A stretch of DNA of 64,000 nucleotides, taken from the NCBI GenBank assembly GCA_036785375.1, contig JAWMAR010000107.1, positions 1,302,001-1,366,000 of the forward strand, given 5' to 3'. Under the pieces are notes generated by a model. The model ran no database searches, had not been told where the DNA came from, and saw only the letters and a list, made by a program, of their open reading frames with translations. The position numbers and the translations under genes are program-made. Source of the DNA: Leucoraja ocellata. Taxonomy: Eukaryota. Below are positions 60,014-64,000 of this stretch, in pieces. How positions within the stretch are numbered: position 1 is the first letter of the stretch; every line of letters begins with the position of its first letter.

Positions 60014-61162
60014 AGACTAAGTGGGACCCGTTGGGTCCCATGTTCACACGGGAGGGCTGGTCCCTCGACGCAATATTCCACCTCTTCACCAATTCCAATA
60101 TTGGTGGCCAGTGGGGGGGGGGGGGGGGCTTTCTGGAGCGCTGGTATGGGTTCTTGGGGTGGAAGCTCAGTCCCTCAAGCCTGATCTGCTGGCAGCTCAC
60201 TCATGGCTGGTGGGCTGGCAGTTGACTCATGGCTATTCCTTGAAATTCCATTTCAAGCAGGGTGCAAGGCCACCAAATTCAAATCCATGTTCCTACCATT
60301 TCAAGCAGGGTGCAAGGCCACCAAATTCAAGTGCAGTTTCCTACCACTTCAAGCAGGGTGCAAGGCCACCAAATTCAAGTGCAGTTTCATACCACTTCAA
60401 GCAGGATGCAAGGCCACCAAATTCAAGTGCAGTTTCATTCCACTTCAAGCAGGGTGCAAGGCCACCAAATTCAAGTGCAGTTTCATTCCATTTCAAGCAG
60501 GGTGCAGGGCCACCAAATTCAAATGCAGCTTCATAACATTTCATGCAGGGTTAAACCACCATCAAACCACACAAAACACCAAACTCAGTTCAGTAGACAT
60601 TCAGTGTGTTCAGTTGATTCACAGCTCAGACAGAGTCATGACCTCTCCCTCCCCCATCATGCAGAGACTGAGCCACACACACACTTTCGAGTTTTATAAC
60701 CCCTCCCCCTCCCACTGGAAAAGGTGTGGCCTTCATGGTGTGATTGACAGGAGAGAGATTCTCAACATTTTTTAAACGCTAATAACACATTTATTTTTCA
60801 TTGATGGGAAGAATTCTCTGCACCTGCTGAGCAGAGGGGAGTAAGATGGCCAAAAATCACAGCCATAAGTAGTAGCGTTTTATCTAAATTCAATATACAG
60901 TGCAAACAGGAAGTAAGTGCATTTGCAGTAGTGCCTTTTAACTTCAAGCCAAAGCACCCAAACCGCCATTTGTAGTAAGTAGTGCCTTTCAACTTCAAGC
61001 CCAAGCCAAAGTCATCAATGTGAAAAATCCTGGGGTCCAGGAAGGCGGAGGGGGCCTCTGAGCGAGGTGGCCAAAGATGACGGCCGTAGGCGGTGGCGTT
61101 CTCTCGGAAATCGCAACACAGTGGGCCAAAAGTGGTCAAGATCAGACTTTTAGTAATATAGA
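60012..61162 (-). mobile_element. Complete non-autonomous Helitron (1151 bp)
   Basis: Minus strand starts A|TCTATATTACTAAAAG and ends GGGACCC-AAC-GGGTCCC hairpin, 7 nt, CTAG|T; inserted between A and T with no TSD. Confidence 0.85.
60249..60551. repeat. 48-bp minisatellite, 6 copies plus a partial, inside the Helitron
   Basis: Unit caYttcaagcagggtgcaaggccaccaaattcaagtgcagtttcaTWc; explains the repetitive ORFs in the track. Confidence 0.95.
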
Positions 61163-61165
61163 TAC

Positions 61166-62046
61166 TGTAGCGACACCTGGTGGTGTCTTTGGGTAGTCAA
61201 GCCCTCGGATTGGCTGCACCAGTCACGTGGGCGCGGGGGGCGATATTCGCACGCTTTTTACCGAGTTATATCATTCTAGCGCCACACCTGTGGAAGTAAC
61301 ATCGCGTTTGTTGGCTGTCTTACCGACCAGAGTTTATTCGTTATTTTACCGTTACAAAATAAAACCCTTTGAATTCATTCACTGTCTCGACTCGCCAAAC
61401 TGGTGACCCCGACGTGATCTGAACACGAAAACCTGATCGCTCACAGATCCCCCTTACAGCGCGTCTACGAGGGGCCATTCCGGGTGTTGAGATCTGGAGT
61501 CGCCACCTTCACCTTGGACGTGGGGGGCTGGGAGGAGATCATCTCCATCGGCCGACTCAAGCCTGCCCATGTCGACTTTGACAGCCCGGTGGTGGTAGCG
61601 CAGCCCCGATGTAGAGGTCGTTCGCCGGCCGAACCAGCTGCACCTGTTGTGCCTGTTTCTCCCGACCCGGTTGTACCCGTACCTCCCACCCCATTACAGT
61701 CTCCTGGCCCTGTTCGGCCAATCCCCCTTGTTATGCCTGCCCCATCTCCGCCGACCACGCGTTCTGGTCGCCGTGCTCGGTTCCGTACCTTGAGTTCTGG
61801 GGGGGGGGGGGGGTCCTGTAGCGACACCTGGTGGTGTCTTTGGATAGTCAAACCCTCGGATTGGCTGCATGAGTCACGTGGGCGCGGGAAGAGATATTCG
61901 CGTGCTTTTTACCGAGTAGTATCATTCTAGCACCACACTTGTGGAAGTATCATTGCATTTGATCGCTTACCGGCCAGAGTTTATTTGTTGTTTTACCGTT
62001 ACAAAATAAAACCCTTTGAATTCACTCACTGTCTCGACTCGCCAAA
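61166..62046 (+). mobile_element. Internally deleted Ty3/Gypsy LTR retrotransposon (TRIM-like, 881 bp)
   Basis: LTRs 61166-61399 and 61817-62046; PBS TGGTGACCCCGACGTGAT (tRNA-Trp) at 61401-61418; integrase C-terminal GPY/F segment AHRSPLQRVYEGPFRVLRSG...RLKPAH; poly-G PPT 61799-61813; ATAC TSD at 61162-61165 and 62047-62050. Confidence 0.92.
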
Positions 62047-63289
62047 ATACAATGTTTGAAATAAATAATTAGTGCCAATTAGTTCAAGGATTCCTAACAT
62101 GAAAGCAAGTTTAGTCAAAGTAAATATATTTTTTGGTTAACAGTGAGAGACAAATGATGTACGTGCCTTAATATATTCCAATGTCTGTGCACAATACAAA
62201 ATAAATAGTTTTCCATCCACTCTTGTCAAACCATTTGTTCATATTTACTTTCCATTTCCACTTGGTGCATTGGCTTTCTGCCCACTCTTTTAAAATAAAG
62301 ATGAGTTTATATAGAACCTTTCACTTATACCCAATGAAGTACTTCACAAATGTAATTGTTGTGGTAATGTCAGTAGGTGCACATCAAGCCCCTGCAAGCA
62401 GCAAAGATTCTTAATATTGCCCACAGACTTTCTGGCAAGCCTCGTGTTTCACTGTGCAGACCCATTCAACCTTCCTCTCTAACCTGGTCCACTCTAGTCT
62501 TCTTATGAGGCCTCTGCAAAGGTGCATGACCTCATCCTCTACTGACCCGGCATGGTTACAGGACATGCCCAATGACTCACCATATGTAGATCACATCCAA
62601 AGATTATTGTCTATTAAAATCTGAACTGAAGGCTGTGATTTTTAAAAAGAGTGGGGTGCTAAAAGCTGTACGGATATATCTACAGCTTGTAAATCAGACG
62701 AGGCTGTAGCCTATGGGGAAGGTGGAGGATTATGTATCTTCAAAGGCCTCAACTTCACCTCTGTCTTGGCTGTTCTAATTATGGGAAGCACTCTCATTCA
62801 ATGGGACAGCATTGTTCATGTACTTGCACTCTCCCTGCCCCATGGAGTTAGTGTAGCTGGCATAATGCCTAGTCCTGCAAGAGGGTGTGTTACATATATT
62901 GGGAAATATTCCAGTCAGCAGTGGGGACACTACTTTCCCTCATCCAACAGCTTCTTCAGATTTACACACTATGAATGATATATCCATGCAACTTTCATTT
63001 CACCTTACCCTGCCTCCCACTGTCAGTCAAAGGCAGAAGAGAGTGAACTCACTCCCTGGCACCTTTCCTGCTAGAGACCACTAATGCCAGTAATCGGAGT
63101 GTATACAAGTTGTCATATTTGCTATTGTGATATGCTATGATACGTGCAACAGTCCTCAGCGGGAGAGGCAATGGTAAACGTTAGATATCAGTTCTGACCG
63201 ACAGAGATTGTTGCAGTGGGACTGACTGAGTGTAGAGCTACTAACACATACTCCAAGTAAAGATCCAACAAGTTTATTGGCATATAATA

Positions 63290-63580
63290 AAGTTACACAG
63301 CATGTTAACATCACTATAACTGCATCTCGACTGACAGCTGGTGTCTGGAAACGTTAGTATTAAATGCTGACGATATGGTAAAACCTGGACTGGATCTTTT
63401 ACATATGTTGTTGGTACCGATGTGTACAGTGGCTTCTGAGTTCTCACTCCTTGAGAATGTTCTACAACTGCTCCGAAACATCCTGGACTCTGGCACCAGG
63501 GAGGCAACACACCATCCTTGTGTACAACCACAGAATCTCTTGTGACACATGGTACTGTAGTGGGAACTGGATGTATTTCT
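63290..63580 (-). mobile_element. Decayed CR1 ORF1 esterase (SGNH-like) fragment
   Basis: Minus-strand KRFCG...VHIGTNNI motif typical of the CR1 ORF1 esterase domain. Confidence 0.7.
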
Positions 63581-64000
63581 GAATGTGTATTGTTTCACTT
63601 CTCTTATTATAGGCTTTACAAAATTCTACCTTACTGCCAGATTTAATTCACCGGCCACCCCAGGTAACGGACAGGTTCTATCTTTAGACATTGGTAAGTC
63701 TATTTTGTCCATAAATCATAAAATACAAAAAAAACACGATACGATAATTATACGACCAGAGTATTGGAATGAATGGTATCAAAACCACATAAGACTGATA
63801 AGATAGATAAGAAAGAGCAATTACTAAAATTAAGAGAGAATGAGGAAACCAGTTCTGCCACTTTTAGGAATGAACTATGTATATCGGACTTTTGAATTGT
63901 TCATATCATGGGAGTTCATTCATATTTTGAGGTGGCTGTGAGTGTCCATTCCGAACTGGAATGATCTGTATTCTTTGGTTTAAACCAGCAAAGACACAGC

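Noticed and set aside
60021-60775. Repetitive ORFs (HFKQGARPPNSSAVSY)n and (FQAGCKATKFKCSFIP)n as a novel repeat protein or CRISPR-like array
   Set aside because: They are by-products of a 48-bp head-to-tail minisatellite without unique spacers, inside a Helitron.
62697-62717. Peptide DEAVAYG resembling the HSP70 motif NPDEAVAYGAA
   Set aside because: Flanking residues and spacing do not continue the HSP70 alignment; most likely chance.
1-64000. Most ORF-track entries as stand-alone genes; prokaryotic systems such as CRISPR arrays or operons
   Set aside because: The sequence is intron-rich vertebrate DNA. The ORFs are short, low-complexity, TE-derived or exon read-throughs, and no repeat-spacer array exists.

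Overview
Eukaryotic vertebrate genomic DNA, not prokaryotic; nearly all entries in the ORF track are spurious or TE-derived. The repeat content (tRNA-derived V-SINEs of HE1 type, Deu-domain SINEs, CR1/HER1-type LINEs, Penelope-like elements) points to a cartilaginous fish, probably a skate or ray (inference). The + strand holds the 3' half of diacylglycerol kinase eta (DGKH): 13 GT-AG coding exons between 2715 and 45505 that splice in frame (1499 nt, about 499 aa) and encode the accessory catalytic subdomain, the coiled-coil region and the SAM domain. A probably very long 3' UTR follows, up to about 55.1 kb. Introns and the downstream flank are full of mobile elements. Most notable: (1) the dual-reading-frame last exon behind the eta1/eta2 isoform switch appears conserved; (2) many short Penelope-derived insertions with target-site duplications carry minimal hammerhead-ribozyme cores; (3) an 881-bp TRIM-like Gypsy element has a tRNA-Trp PBS extending past position 58 with a mismatch exactly at the m1A58-equivalent base, and non-canonical TG...AA LTR ends, abutting a complete non-autonomous Helitron; (4) a near-perfect 61-bp hairpin inside an old SINE lies just upstream of the last exon; (5) an antisense CCAAT/TATA promoter-like CpG patch lies in the last intron. 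There is one assembly gap (15938-16169). Comparisons with human DGKH, tRNA-Trp and TE consensus sequences are from memory, not searches. I found no convincing wholly new gene system; the findings are candidates to test.
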